Shown one piece after another: positions 47,286 through 57,250 of a stretch of DNA of 64,000 nt. The stretch spans positions 320,001 to 384,000 of the forward strand of contig OZ223236.1 in assembly GCA_965140445.1 (NCBI GenBank). Reading direction: 5' to 3'. The notes below the pieces were generated by a model that searched no databases, was not told the origin of the DNA, and saw only the letters and a program-made list of their open reading frames with translations. Origin of the DNA: Candidatus Ozemobacteraceae bacterium. GTDB taxonomy: Bacteria > Muiribacteriota > Ozemobacteria > Ozemobacterales > Ozemobacteraceae. Position numbers and translations under genes: made by a program. Positions within the stretch are counted from its first letter, which is position 1; each line of letters begins with the position of its first letter.

Positions 47286-47864
47286 TTATTTTTTTATTTT
47301 GAAGTCGAAATTTATTTCTTCGAAGCCACCAACCCAAAAACAAAAAACTCTGGAAAAGATTTCAGGTGATAAATTTGCGATCAAATCAATTGCAGTACCA
47401 GCCAATTGAGCAACTCGAAATAGCAAAGGGCTAAGAACTGTTTTTTTCAGCTCTGGTTGAGCAAACCATCTTAGTGTTAATTTCACTAATTCTAGCTCCA
47501 CACCTTGAAACCCTCCTTTAAAACTTTTCTGAAAATAATAAGGAAAGCTTACGTCGAACCCTCTTTTATGCTCAGGATGAGTAAATCCCCGCGAAAAATG
47601 TGGAACAGCAATTTTAACAACCGCGCCATCCACTGAGATTCTATGAAGCTCTTTGATTACCGCAAACGGGTCTTCCAGATGCTCCAAAACATGATCTAAT
47701 TCAATTAAATCAAAAGAATTATCCTCAAATGGATATGGAAAAACATTCAAATCGTGGCTCACGTCTGGCTTTGAAACAGACAAAAAATCAACATTTACAT
47801 AGCCCGCTTTGGGAAATTCACCACAACCAAGATTTAGTTTTGTTAATGTTCTAATGCTTTCCAT
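47286..47864 (-). CDS. Class I SAM-dependent methyltransferase
   Basis: LNLGCG, DLNVFPYPFEDNSFD, HVLEHL. Confidence 0.85.
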   Translation of the reverse strand: MESIRTLTKLNLGCGEFPKAGYVNVDFLSVSKPDVSHDLNVFPYPFEDNSFDLIELDHVLEHLEDPFAVIKELHRISVDGAVVKIAVPHFSRGFTHPEHKRGFDVSFPYYFQKSFKGGFQGVELELVKLTLRWFAQPELKKTVLSPLLFRVAQLAGTAIDLIANLSPEIFSRVFCFWVGGFEEINFDFKIKK

Positions 47865-47887
47865 TTATTCACCCAAATTCCGTTAAA

Positions 47888-47917
47888 TTGACTTGTCTTT
47901 GTCTGTGCCATTATAAT
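47888..47917 (+). promoter_or_regulatory. sigma70-type promoter of the GT2-rSAM-asnB-TMTC operon
   Basis: TTGACT-N18-TATAAT. Confidence 0.65.
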
Positions 47918-47958
47918 GCATATCTCTGCAATTTCCCAAAAAACCCTCAGGATGTTTT

Positions 47959-48852
47959 ATGCCAACAAATAAAATTCTCAATTCAGGAATAAGCATCGTT
48001 ATCCCAGCCTATAACGAAGAAAATGCAATCCAAAAAACGGTTGAAACAACTTATAAGACACTTTTCGAGATCGAATCACTTCCATTCGAAATTATAGTTG
48101 TCGATGATTCTTCTACCGATAATACCAATATAAATATACCCAAAACAATCTGCAGAGTTTTTAAACACCCAAAAAATTATGGGTATGGGCGAACACTTTT
48201 AACAGGAATAAATCAGGCCAAATTTCCATATATCGGAATAATTGACGCTGACTCCACTTATGATCCCGAACATTTTAAAGAAATGATACCGCAGATGGAC
48301 ATATTTGACATGGTCATAGGTGAGCGTCGCATTTCGGATCAATCAAAAGTGGTTTCACTTATGCGGAAAACTCTTAAAACCCTTATTCTGTTTTTCAGCG
48401 AACATGATTCCAGAGATCCAAACAGTGGGTTAAGAATCTTTAAAAAATCACTTGTAGACAAAGGTGGACATCTTTTTAGCAAAAGATTTTCTTTTTCAAC
48501 TTCGCTGACTTTTTTTGCAGCTCTAAATCATCAATTTATTGAATACCATCCAATCGAATATCACGATAGAACAGGCCATTCGAAGGTGAGACATTTTAGA
48601 GATTCGCTAAGAACCTTTTGGCTTGTAATGAGCATGGCCCTGATTTATCGCCCAATGAAGTGTTTTTCAGCTCTAATTGCGGCAAATGTAGCTGGGCTAT
48701 CATTCCTCCTCTCCTGGAGAAAAAAGGTTTCTGCCCAAACATTGCTTTCGTCTGTAGCCGGTTGGGTTTCATCTATTCTGCTTCTGGGAATTTCCTTTTT
48801 CGCCTTCATTCTTGGAAAGCACTATGAGCTGACAATTTCAGATGATGACTGA
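47959..48852 (+). CDS. Glycosyltransferase family 2 (polyprenol-phosphate sugar synthase-like)
   Basis: SIVIPAYNEE, VVDDSSTD, DAD, DPNSGLR, GHSKV, two C-terminal TM helices. Confidence 0.88.
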   Translation: MPTNKILNSGISIVIPAYNEENAIQKTVETTYKTLFEIESLPFEIIVVDDSSTDNTNINIPKTICRVFKHPKNYGYGRTLLTGINQAKFPYIGIIDADSTYDPEHFKEMIPQMDIFDMVIGERRISDQSKVVSLMRKTLKTLILFFSEHDSRDPNSGLRIFKKSLVDKGGHLFSKRFSFSTSLTFFAALNHQFIEYHPIEYHDRTGHSKVRHFRDSLRTFWLVMSMALIYRPMKCFSALIAANVAGLSFLLSWRKKVSAQTLLSSVAGWVSSILLLGISFFAFILGKHYELTISDDD

Positions 48853-50353
48853 GAAAAAAATCCTTCTTATCCAGCCTTCAATGGGATTGTCTGGGGAATT
48901 TTCCCAGCACCCACCACTCAGCCTTCTTTTTGTGGCTTCAGCTCTAACCAGGTTTCCAGTTAAGATTGAAATTCTTGATACACGCATAATCAGAGAGTCC
49001 TGGAAAACCTTGATTTTAGAAAAGCTCAAAGAACCATTGCTTTTTGTTGGTTTTACAGTCATGAGCGGGACACCAGTAGCTCACAGCCTTGAAATGAGCA
49101 AGTTTATAAAATCCCATTCTAAAGTCCCAATTGTTTGGGGAGGGGCACTGCCAACTGTCGCGGCCCACACATGTCTGAAAGAAGAAAGCGTAGATTTTGT
49201 CGTTTCCGGAAGCGGAATTCAGGCAGTTCAATCAATTTACAAAATACTCAGTAATTCAGAGCAGGTTGATAAAACAAAAGTTTCCGGGTTGGGCTACAAA
49301 GACGGCGATTCTATTTTTGTGAATAAGCACCTTCAAGGTTTTGAGCATGTTCCATATCAATCAATTCCATACCATTTGATAAAAGACTTTGAAGCCTATG
49401 GCCAAATAGGGTCGGATGAGTTGGTATTTCCGATTTATAGTGCGTATGGTTGCCCATACCAATGCAGTTTTTGTATTTCTCCAGCCCACTATAAGGATTT
49501 TAAGGTGAAATGGTCACCGTTAAAAGCCGCCGAAGTTGTTGATCACATTGAATTTTTAATAAAAAACTTCAAAGCCACAACCATTTATTTTTATGACGAT
49601 GATTCTTTTGTAAGTATTGAACATATAAGAAACATAATTAATGAAATAAAAACCCGAAACCTTAAGATCAAGCTTAGTTTTAGAGGGGCCCGGGTAAACG
49701 AAATCATGAAAATGGATGATGCTTTCCTGAACGATCTCGCCGAGACGGGCACCCAAACACTTCATATAGGCGTAGAAGCAGGAAGTCAACGGGTTTTGGA
49801 TTTGTTTAATAAAGGAATTAAGACCTCTGACATCATCGAAATAAACAGAAAGCTGGCAAAAAATAAAAAACTTATCGCTGCCTACAACTGGATTGTTGGC
49901 ACACCAACAGAAACCGAACGTGAAATAAAAAAAACAACCAGACTCCTTCTTCAACTAATTAAAGAGAACCCAAGATGTTTCGTTTTTCAACCTAACGTAT
50001 TTAGAGTGGTTCCTGGAGCCGAACTTGAAAAACTGGCAATCAGAAATGGCTATACTCCACCAGAATCAATTGAAGATTGGATAAACGAAGAAACGGAACT
50101 AAAAAAATCATCTCCATGGTTTACCCCGCAGATGGAAAAACAAATTCGAATGTTGCAGGTCACTTCTTACTTTGTGGACAAAAAAGCGGATCTGCTCATG
50201 AATCAAAAAAGCATAAAATCCTATTTAGTCAGGCTTTTTTCGGCGCTATACAGGCCTTTCGCACTTTTCAGATTCAAAAGCGGCTGGTCTGGATTCTTTA
50301 TTGAAGAACATTTGTTTACTTTTGCCCAGAAACTTCTGAAAGTGCTCAAGTAA
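48842..50353 (+). CDS. Cobalamin-binding radical SAM protein
   Basis: N-terminal B12-binding domain (PPLSLL, IVWGG), CPYQCSFC, YDDDSF, GVEAGS, NKG. Confidence 0.9.
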   Translation: MMTEKKILLIQPSMGLSGEFSQHPPLSLLFVASALTRFPVKIEILDTRIIRESWKTLILEKLKEPLLFVGFTVMSGTPVAHSLEMSKFIKSHSKVPIVWGGALPTVAAHTCLKEESVDFVVSGSGIQAVQSIYKILSNSEQVDKTKVSGLGYKDGDSIFVNKHLQGFEHVPYQSIPYHLIKDFEAYGQIGSDELVFPIYSAYGCPYQCSFCISPAHYKDFKVKWSPLKAAEVVDHIEFLIKNFKATTIYFYDDDSFVSIEHIRNIINEIKTRNLKIKLSFRGARVNEIMKMDDAFLNDLAETGTQTLHIGVEAGSQRVLDLFNKGIKTSDIIEINRKLAKNKKLIAAYNWIVGTPTETEREIKKTTRLLLQLIKENPRCFVFQPNVFRVVPGAELEKLAIRNGYTPPESIEDWINEETELKKSSPWFTPQMEKQIRMLQVTSYFVDKKADLLMNQKSIKSYLVRLFSALYRPFALFRFKSGWSGFFIEEHLFTFAQKLLKVLK

Positions 50354-50354
50354 A

Positions 50355-52241
50355 ATGTGTGGAATTTGCGGGATATTCAAATTTAGGGAAATAGTTTCTG
50401 ATTCTTTGGTCAGCGCTATGAGCAACCGTCTGCAGCACAGAGGAAATGACGCTTCTGGTGTATGGGTCAACGACAATATTGGCTTTGGACATCAACGACT
50501 TACCATTCTTGATCTTGATAGCAGATCTAATCAGCCATTTCATTCAAAAAGTGGAAAAACCTGTATAACCTACAACGGTGAAATTTATAACTATAAAGAA
50601 CTGAAAAAAAACATCCCCCACCAAGAAAGCTTTCACACAACTTCGGACACTGAAACTCTAGTAGAGATGCTTGAATTAATGGGATTCTCAGCTCTTCAGA
50701 AACTGAACGGCATGTTCGCATTTGCCGCTTTTGACAAATATGAAAAACGATTAATGTGCGCCCGTGATCGTCTTGGAATAAAACCATTTTTCTATGCTTT
50801 TCATCCCGGAAAATGGTTTGTTTTTGCTTCTGAAATAAAAGCGCTCTTAGAGTTTCCAGAGATTTCAAAAGAAATTGACCACCAGGCTCTATCCGACTAC
50901 CTTTCGCTTGGTTATATTCCAGGGGAACGAACCATTTATAAAGATGTAAAAAAGCTACTACCCGGAAATTATCTTGAGATAAATGAAAAAGGGAGGCTTT
51001 TAATTGCGCCATACTGGGAAATAGAAAAAGAACTAGCGGCCGACTTACCAAAGCTTGAAATTGAAGATTTTGAGAGGCTAATTGATGATTCAGTTAAACT
51101 AAGACTTCTGAGCGATGTCCCGGTGGGATCATTTTTAAGCGGAGGAATAGACTCATCACTTATCAGCGCTTTAGCAAGCAAAGAAAACAGGCAATTAAAT
51201 ACCTTCACCATTGGATTTGAAGAGGAAAAATTTGATGAAAGCCCTCACGCTAAGCTCATAGCAGATAGTTTAAAAATCCCAAATTTCACCGAAACCTTTA
51301 CTGCGCCAACCCCAGAGAGAATAGAAAAAATTCTTTGCCAATTTGATCAGCCATTTTCTGACACCTCAGCAATCCCGACTTTTCAGTTATGCGAAAATGC
51401 CGGGTTAAAAAACAAAACCGTTCTTTCCGGTGACGGAGGAGACGAGGTTTTTGCTGGTTATGAAACTTGCAAGGCTGATTTAGCGCAACTATTGGGAAGC
51501 CATTTTTCTCCTTTAAACTCAATGGCTTACAACTTTTTGTCAAAAATCATTTCTTTATTCCCTTCTGACCGCGGCAAGGTCTCAACAAACTATAAGGTTT
51601 CCCAATTTCTCCGCTACGCTGGTGAATCATGCGAAAAAGCTCACTATAGCTGGCGCTTGTATTTTGATGAAACCGAAAAACAACAGATACTAAATCATGA
51701 AATAAGCCGCGAACTTAAAAATTACGATAGCTTTAGCAGTTTCAACTACTGGTATCAAAGGTTCTCAAATTTTCCCATCCGGAAACAGCATTTGTTGGTG
51801 GATCTTAAAACATGGCTGGTTGATGATATTCTTGTAAAAACTGATATCTGCAGCATGGCAAATGGCCTGGAGGTAAGAACTCCCTTTTTGGACCATAGAA
51901 TAGTAGAAGCTGCTATGCGCCTTTCCCCAAGAGCGCATTACAATATTTTTAAGACAAAAAAGATTTTAAAAAGCACTTTTCCCAGCCTTCTTCCAGATTC
52001 AATCATAAACAGGAAAAAAGAGGGATTCAGCTGCCCCGTGTCTATATGGCTCGAAAAAGAACTGCAAACTTTCTTAATGGATAATTTGAGCTCAACGGGA
52101 TTCAAAAGTGTGTTTAGCGGAAATAAATTTGTCTCAACCCTTATGGATGAGCACAAAAGCAGACAAAGAGACAATGGATTTAGACTATGGAATCTACTTG
52201 CTTTCGCAGTCTGGCAAAACGGGACAGCAAAAAATGTATGA
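50355..52241 (+). CDS. asnB: Asparagine synthase (glutamine-hydrolysing)-like amidotransferase
   Basis: MCGICG, YNGEIYN, LSGGIDS, SGDGGDE, EVRTPFLD. Confidence 0.9.
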   Translation: MCGICGIFKFREIVSDSLVSAMSNRLQHRGNDASGVWVNDNIGFGHQRLTILDLDSRSNQPFHSKSGKTCITYNGEIYNYKELKKNIPHQESFHTTSDTETLVEMLELMGFSALQKLNGMFAFAAFDKYEKRLMCARDRLGIKPFFYAFHPGKWFVFASEIKALLEFPEISKEIDHQALSDYLSLGYIPGERTIYKDVKKLLPGNYLEINEKGRLLIAPYWEIEKELAADLPKLEIEDFERLIDDSVKLRLLSDVPVGSFLSGGIDSSLISALASKENRQLNTFTIGFEEEKFDESPHAKLIADSLKIPNFTETFTAPTPERIEKILCQFDQPFSDTSAIPTFQLCENAGLKNKTVLSGDGGDEVFAGYETCKADLAQLLGSHFSPLNSMAYNFLSKIISLFPSDRGKVSTNYKVSQFLRYAGESCEKAHYSWRLYFDETEKQQILNHEISRELKNYDSFSSFNYWYQRFSNFPIRKQHLLVDLKTWLVDDILVKTDICSMANGLEVRTPFLDHRIVEAAMRLSPRAHYNIFKTKKILKSTFPSLLPDSIINRKKEGFSCPVSIWLEKELQTFLMDNLSSTGFKSVFSGNKFVSTLMDEHKSRQRDNGFRLWNLLAFAVWQNGTAKNV

Positions 52242-54090
52242 GTTAACTGCGAGATTTAAAAAAATTGGAGATATTCCAATAAAGCCAGTTCTAATTCTAT
52301 GGATTCTAATTCTAATTACTTTTTCTCCGGCTTTTCGGGCAGATTATGTTGCTTTTGATGAAATTGCGGAAATTATTGAGAATCCGGAAATGTATAAACC
52401 AATTTCAGCAGAAACTCTCATAGAAACTTTTGGAAGCAGATCGGCCGGAAACCAATACGCGCCACTTCCAGTTTTGACATTTCAGCTGGAGAATCATTTT
52501 TCGGGAGAGCTGAATCCTGTATTGTCACATAGTATAAACATTTTTTTGCATATGATGGTTGTTACAGGCGTGTTTTATTTCAGCGTTCTCCTTTCCGGAA
52601 ATCTGGTAGCAAGCATTATCTGCGCTATGTTTTTTGCGATTCACCCAATGCAGGTTGAATCCGTTGTATGGGCGCTTGAAAGAAGAAACCTGCTTTTTGG
52701 ATTTTTCTTTTTTCTGTCCATGGCTTCGTACACCTACGGATTGGAAAAAACAAGCAAATGGAACTCAGTATTAACTTTTGCAGCCATGATTTTATGCGGC
52801 CTTTCAAAGGGACTTGCCTTTTTACTGCCATTTTCCTTTTTAACAGTAGACTGGGCGAAAAAGCGACCAATCAAGCTTTCGTTGCTTAAAGAAAAATGGA
52901 TTTATTTTATTTCTGCTTCGATCTTTTTTTACATTGCTCTGACGGCTTCCAGGGGCAATATGAATATTTCTCACGAGGGGGGATCAGCACTTAACTGGAT
53001 CAATTCAATGTATGCGATCCCGTGGTATCTCGCCAAAGCCTTGCTACCATTTAATCTTTCACCAATATATGAGATAACGCCATCAACAGTTGGAATTTTC
53101 AGGTTTGCTCCTGCATATTTTGCACTTTCGATTTCTATCTGGTATTTCTTTCTCCGAAAAAGCGAATATTTTACCGCAGGTCTGGCATTCTTCTTTATTA
53201 ATATTTTTCCACTGTCCGGCTTAATCAGAGTTGGTTTTCCTTTTTATGTAGCCTGTCATTTTATGTATGTTGCAATCTGGGGATTAATTTTCCCTATAGC
53301 GATTGCCATTTCTAAAAGTTTTTTCCAGCCCCGAAAAACTCGCCTGATCATTACTGCTTTAACAATTGTTGTGGCTTTATTAAGCTTCGTTTCAAATTCA
53401 GATTCCCATCACTGGAATAACACAACCAGCTTGTTTAGCAGAGTCCTTGAGACCAATCCAGAAAGTCGATTTGCGCTATTCCAACTTGGAGTGGAAAAAA
53501 CCAAACGATTTAAATTTAACGAAGCCGAAACTCTTTTACAAAGGCTAATAGACTTATATCCAGATCTGCACCTGGGGTATTACGGCCTTGCTGATTTAAA
53601 ATTTAACCAAAAACTTTACAATAGAAGTTTAGAGTTATTTGACAAAGCAATTTCACTGGAAGACCAACTCCCTCAATACTTTTTTGGAAGAGCAAAAACC
53701 TGCTTTAAGCTAAAACTTTGGAATAAAGCAATCACCGATTTCAGCAGTTATCTTAAATCATTTCCTGAAAACGTTCAGGCAATGGCATTCAGAGCTCAAG
53801 CCTTTATTCAGATTGGAAATTTACAAGCCGCCCGAAAGGATCTGACAGAAGTTTTAAAACAAAAAGAAAATTATCTAACTCGGATTGCGCTTACAAAAAC
53901 GTTGTTAAACCTTGGAGATTTTTATGGTTTTAGAAAAAGCCTCTTTGAAATGCTAATCAATGATCCGAAACATTTTATTTTTGGGATCATTGGTACAATA
54001 AAAAAATATTCAGATCCACTTGAAGGCAAATTGCTTGCAGAGTGGTTCCCATATAAAATACTTGTTTTGAAAGCAATCCAATCCCAGTAG
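52234..54090 (+). CDS. TMTC-like GT-C membrane glycosyltransferase with C-terminal TPRs
   Basis: First-loop AFDE..IIENP, YAPL, HSINIFLH, FAIHPMQVESVVW..ERR, about 10 TM helices, then TPRs. Start moved to ATG 52234, overlapping the asnB stop. Confidence 0.75.
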   Translation: MYELTARFKKIGDIPIKPVLILWILILITFSPAFRADYVAFDEIAEIIENPEMYKPISAETLIETFGSRSAGNQYAPLPVLTFQLENHFSGELNPVLSHSINIFLHMMVVTGVFYFSVLLSGNLVASIICAMFFAIHPMQVESVVWALERRNLLFGFFFFLSMASYTYGLEKTSKWNSVLTFAAMILCGLSKGLAFLLPFSFLTVDWAKKRPIKLSLLKEKWIYFISASIFFYIALTASRGNMNISHEGGSALNWINSMYAIPWYLAKALLPFNLSPIYEITPSTVGIFRFAPAYFALSISIWYFFLRKSEYFTAGLAFFFINIFPLSGLIRVGFPFYVACHFMYVAIWGLIFPIAIAISKSFFQPRKTRLIITALTIVVALLSFVSNSDSHHWNNTTSLFSRVLETNPESRFALFQLGVEKTKRFKFNEAETLLQRLIDLYPDLHLGYYGLADLKFNQKLYNRSLELFDKAISLEDQLPQYFFGRAKTCFKLKLWNKAITDFSSYLKSFPENVQAMAFRAQAFIQIGNLQAARKDLTEVLKQKENYLTRIALTKTLLNLGDFYGFRKSLFEMLINDPKHFIFGIIGTIKKYSDPLEGKLLAEWFPYKILVLKAIQSQ

Positions 54091-54094
54091 ATTT

Positions 54095-55390
54095 TTAGTA
54101 AGAATCTTTTCCAGCCGGCTCTTCGCTGGCAGGGGGCAATAATTTTTCCAGGTCTGGAGGACTCGGGGGCATAACTGGCTCAGGCTTTGGGCATCTGGGA
54201 AATTGACGAATCTGTGCCCCTTTAAAAACTTGAATTCTGCAATTTCCTGAATCTAAAACAAAAAGATTCCCGTTAGGTCCAAACCTGGCTTCCATCGGCT
54301 TTACAAACTGTCCATTCTTTGTTCCAAAACCGCCCAGAATCTGCAAAATCTTAAAATTTTCGTCTAGAATTAGCACTTTGTTGTTGCCAGTATCAGCAAT
54401 AGCCATTAATCCGTTCAGAGAAAAATCAATTCCTACCGGATAGCGTAAATGGTAATGCTTCCACTTTGCAATTTCTGCGATCTTATTAAACTCTTTATCG
54501 AAGGCCATTATTCTATGATTGCCATTGTCTGAAACAAAAATGTCACCACTAGGAGACTTAACATAAACCCTTACCAGATCTTTAAATTGTCGATAATCCC
54601 GTCCAGACATGTGATGCATATGGCCCAATCGCTTTTCGGTTTTTAATTCTGAACTAAAAACCTGCATTCTGTTTCCTTGCACCCTTTGTCTTTGCAGCAA
54701 ATCCAATCCAACCCCACGAAGATAATTTGAACGAGGCTCAGTAATGTAAACCTTTCCTTCACAGTCCACATCTATACCAAGAGGATGATGAAAATATCCG
54801 TCTTTCCAACCCTCTTGCCCTAGAATCCATCTAACTTCACCATTTAGTTTTAAGGCTTTTACACGATGATTTCCGGTATCGGCAACCAATAAAGTGTCGG
54901 TTCCAATCCAGGCTAACCCTTCTGGCAAATTGAATCTGTCAATAGGAACATTTTTGCCATCGCGAATTTTATCCTGGCCGCCATGATATGCTCTGCCAAC
55001 GAGATAATTAGTATTTCTGCCGTTTAGAAAATCTTTCTCCCTGTATGCATCAGCGGAATCAAAGGGTTCACGTCTATTTGCCCATGGCCATAAGCCTCCG
55101 ATAATAAGCTCCAATTTCAGAGGCATCGTTGCGATCATTTTTGAAGTCGAATAAATTAGAATTCGATTATTATGAGTGTCACTTACAGCAAGCATATGAC
55201 CATCTGGAGAGAAAGACATTCCGGCAGGATTCATCATCCTATGTTCAGAAGCACCAGATGTTCCAACTGACACAAGATATTTATATGGTACAAATTCATC
55301 TGCACACGCAAAAGAGTTCGCAAAAAATAAAAAAAAGGTAAGTATTGCAAATTTCAAAGACTTATCAGGGTTAAAAGAAAGTTGAAACAA
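54095..55390 (-). CDS. Exported NHL-repeat beta-propeller protein
   Basis: Signal peptide, repeats VSDTHNNRI, VADTGNHRV, VSDNGNHRI, IADTGNNKV, VLDSGNCRIQ, Pro-rich tail. Confidence 0.85.
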   Translation of the reverse strand: MFQLSFNPDKSLKFAILTFFLFFANSFACADEFVPYKYLVSVGTSGASEHRMMNPAGMSFSPDGHMLAVSDTHNNRILIYSTSKMIATMPLKLELIIGGLWPWANRREPFDSADAYREKDFLNGRNTNYLVGRAYHGGQDKIRDGKNVPIDRFNLPEGLAWIGTDTLLVADTGNHRVKALKLNGEVRWILGQEGWKDGYFHHPLGIDVDCEGKVYITEPRSNYLRGVGLDLLQRQRVQGNRMQVFSSELKTEKRLGHMHHMSGRDYRQFKDLVRVYVKSPSGDIFVSDNGNHRIMAFDKEFNKIAEIAKWKHYHLRYPVGIDFSLNGLMAIADTGNNKVLILDENFKILQILGGFGTKNGQFVKPMEARFGPNGNLFVLDSGNCRIQVFKGAQIRQFPRCPKPEPVMPPSPPDLEKLLPPASEEPAGKDSY

Positions 55391-55532
55391 GGTGATTCCG
55401 CCTTCTGCTTTTTTAGCAAAGTTACACTATTGGATGCACCATTGCAAGACCGAGAAAAGCTTAAATTGCACTTTTTATGAAACATTAAATCGGCTATAAT
55501 AAATCTCTGGCAAAAGACTCTCTTTACTTTCC

Positions 55533-55561
55533 TTGACCCTCTTGCTCAGGTTTGTTATTAT
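55533..55561 (+). promoter_or_regulatory. Promoter of the mtnA-aldolase-ileS-dnaN-HEAT unit
   Basis: TTGACC-N17-TATTAT with an extended -10 TG. Confidence 0.6.
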
Positions 55562-55619
55562 CGGCTTCTGAAGATTTTCTGGAAGGATTTCTTTAAGTTT
55601 AAATATCAGGTGGGAAAAT

Positions 55620-56663
55620 ATGATAGAAGCAGTCACATACAATAAACTACAATCATGTCTAGATTTAATAGACCAAACGCTCTTGCCTGTAGAATTTAAA
55701 ACAATAAGCTGCTCAACAGAGCATCAAACAGCAGATGCAATAAAGACCATGAAAGTAAGAGGAGCTCCTGCAATAGGAGTAGCCGCCGCATATGGAATTG
55801 TTCTTGGTCTTCTTAATCCAGAAAATCAAAACAAGCCTTCACGCCAATTGATTACAGAAGTTTGTGATTTGTTAGCTTCTACAAGACCAACTGCAGTAAA
55901 TTTATTCTGGGCAATAGAAAGAATAAAGAAAACTCTCCAGGCAACAGAATCAAATGATCATTCAGCTTTGGCGGCTGCTGCATTAGCTGAAGCGGACAAA
56001 ATTCGTGAAGAAGACATTCAAATGTGCAGAACTATGGGTAAGTTTGGAGCGGAGTTCTTAAAAGATGGAGAAACATGGATCACCCATTGCAACGCAGGTG
56101 CTCTTGCTACCGCAGGTTTTGGAACAGCCTTGGGAGTTTTCCGGGCAGCAAAAGAAGCTGGAAAAAATTTCAAAGTCTATGTAGACGAAACTCGCCCCCT
56201 CCTTCAAGGTTCCAGACTAACGGCCTGGGAACTTCATCAGGAAGGCATTGATGCTACACTAATTTGTGACAATATGGCCGGCAGTCTTATGAAAGCCGGA
56301 AAAATTCATGGAGTAGTTGTTGGAGCTGATAGAATCACTTCTAAAGGATTTGTAGCTAATAAAATTGGCACTTATCCATTAGCAGTTCTGGCAAAATATC
56401 ATAATGTTCCATTTTATGTGGCCGCCCCCGATTCAACTTTTGATATGAGCTTAAACTTCGGCGACGAAATTGAGATTGAAGAGCGAGATCATGATGAAGT
56501 TAGACACTTCGGGGAAAAACTGACTGCACCAGCCGACATGCCAGTTTTTAATCCGGCATTTGACGTGACCCCGCCCGAGTTAATCACTGCCATTTTTACT
56601 AACAAGGGTGTTTTAAAACCAATTTACGCAGACAGTATTCCTGAATTACTTGGAAAAAAATAA
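55620..56663 (+). CDS. mtnA: S-methyl-5-thioribose-1-phosphate isomerase
   Basis: VRGAPAIG, RPTAVNL, THCNAGALAT, ETRPLLQG, NKIGT, NPAFDVTP. Confidence 0.95.
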   Translation: MIEAVTYNKLQSCLDLIDQTLLPVEFKTISCSTEHQTADAIKTMKVRGAPAIGVAAAYGIVLGLLNPENQNKPSRQLITEVCDLLASTRPTAVNLFWAIERIKKTLQATESNDHSALAAAALAEADKIREEDIQMCRTMGKFGAEFLKDGETWITHCNAGALATAGFGTALGVFRAAKEAGKNFKVYVDETRPLLQGSRLTAWELHQEGIDATLICDNMAGSLMKAGKIHGVVVGADRITSKGFVANKIGTYPLAVLAKYHNVPFYVAAPDSTFDMSLNFGDEIEIEERDHDEVRHFGEKLTAPADMPVFNPAFDVTPPELITAIFTNKGVLKPIYADSIPELLGKK

Positions 56664-57238
56664 TGAATTTTCTTAGAGATTTTCAATTTGTAGGAAGCGA
56701 CCTGTTTTACAGTGGCCTGAATAATTCGCATTCGGGCAATTTGAGCATGAGAAATAATCGAATGATGGCTATTTCAAGAAGCGGCTCAATGTTGCACAGG
56801 CTTGAATTTTCTGACATAGTTGAAACAATCATAGATGGGGAAGATTTAGAAACCCCACGTGCTTCAAGAGAAATTCCTGTCCATAAGGCAATCTATCTTG
56901 GAACAGATGCAGAAGCTATTGTTCATGCGCACCCTCCTCATATAGTTGCTCTATCTATGCAGTCAGAAAGAATCTTTCCGATCGACGCAGAAGGGGCTTA
57001 CTTCTTTCAAAACGGAATTCCTGTGGTAGGAGTAAAAAACGCAATAGCTTCTGATGAAGTTGCACAAAAAGTAGTTCCATTTTTCAAAGAGTCACCAATT
57101 GTAGTAGTAAGAGGACATGGAACCTTTGCAATTGGAAAGAATCTTGAAGAAGGCTTTCATTGGACAAGCAGTATAGAGCATAGCGCTAAGATTTTATTGT
57201 TACGAAACCAATTTGCAGTTAACCCAAATTTCACATAA
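56663..57238 (+). CDS. Class II aldolase/adducin family protein (FucA/Ald2-like)
   Basis: SGNLS, ASRE..VH, HAH, GHG metal ligands. TAATG overlap with mtnA. Confidence 0.85.
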   Translation: MNFLRDFQFVGSDLFYSGLNNSHSGNLSMRNNRMMAISRSGSMLHRLEFSDIVETIIDGEDLETPRASREIPVHKAIYLGTDAEAIVHAHPPHIVALSMQSERIFPIDAEGAYFFQNGIPVVGVKNAIASDEVAQKVVPFFKESPIVVVRGHGTFAIGKNLEEGFHWTSSIEHSAKILLLRNQFAVNPNFT

Positions 57239-57250
57239 GGACAAGTTGAA

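Noticed and set aside
52108..52233. N-terminal extension of the TMTC-like ORF
   Set aside because: It lies inside asnB. ATG 52234, overlapping the asnB stop, is the more plausible coupled start.
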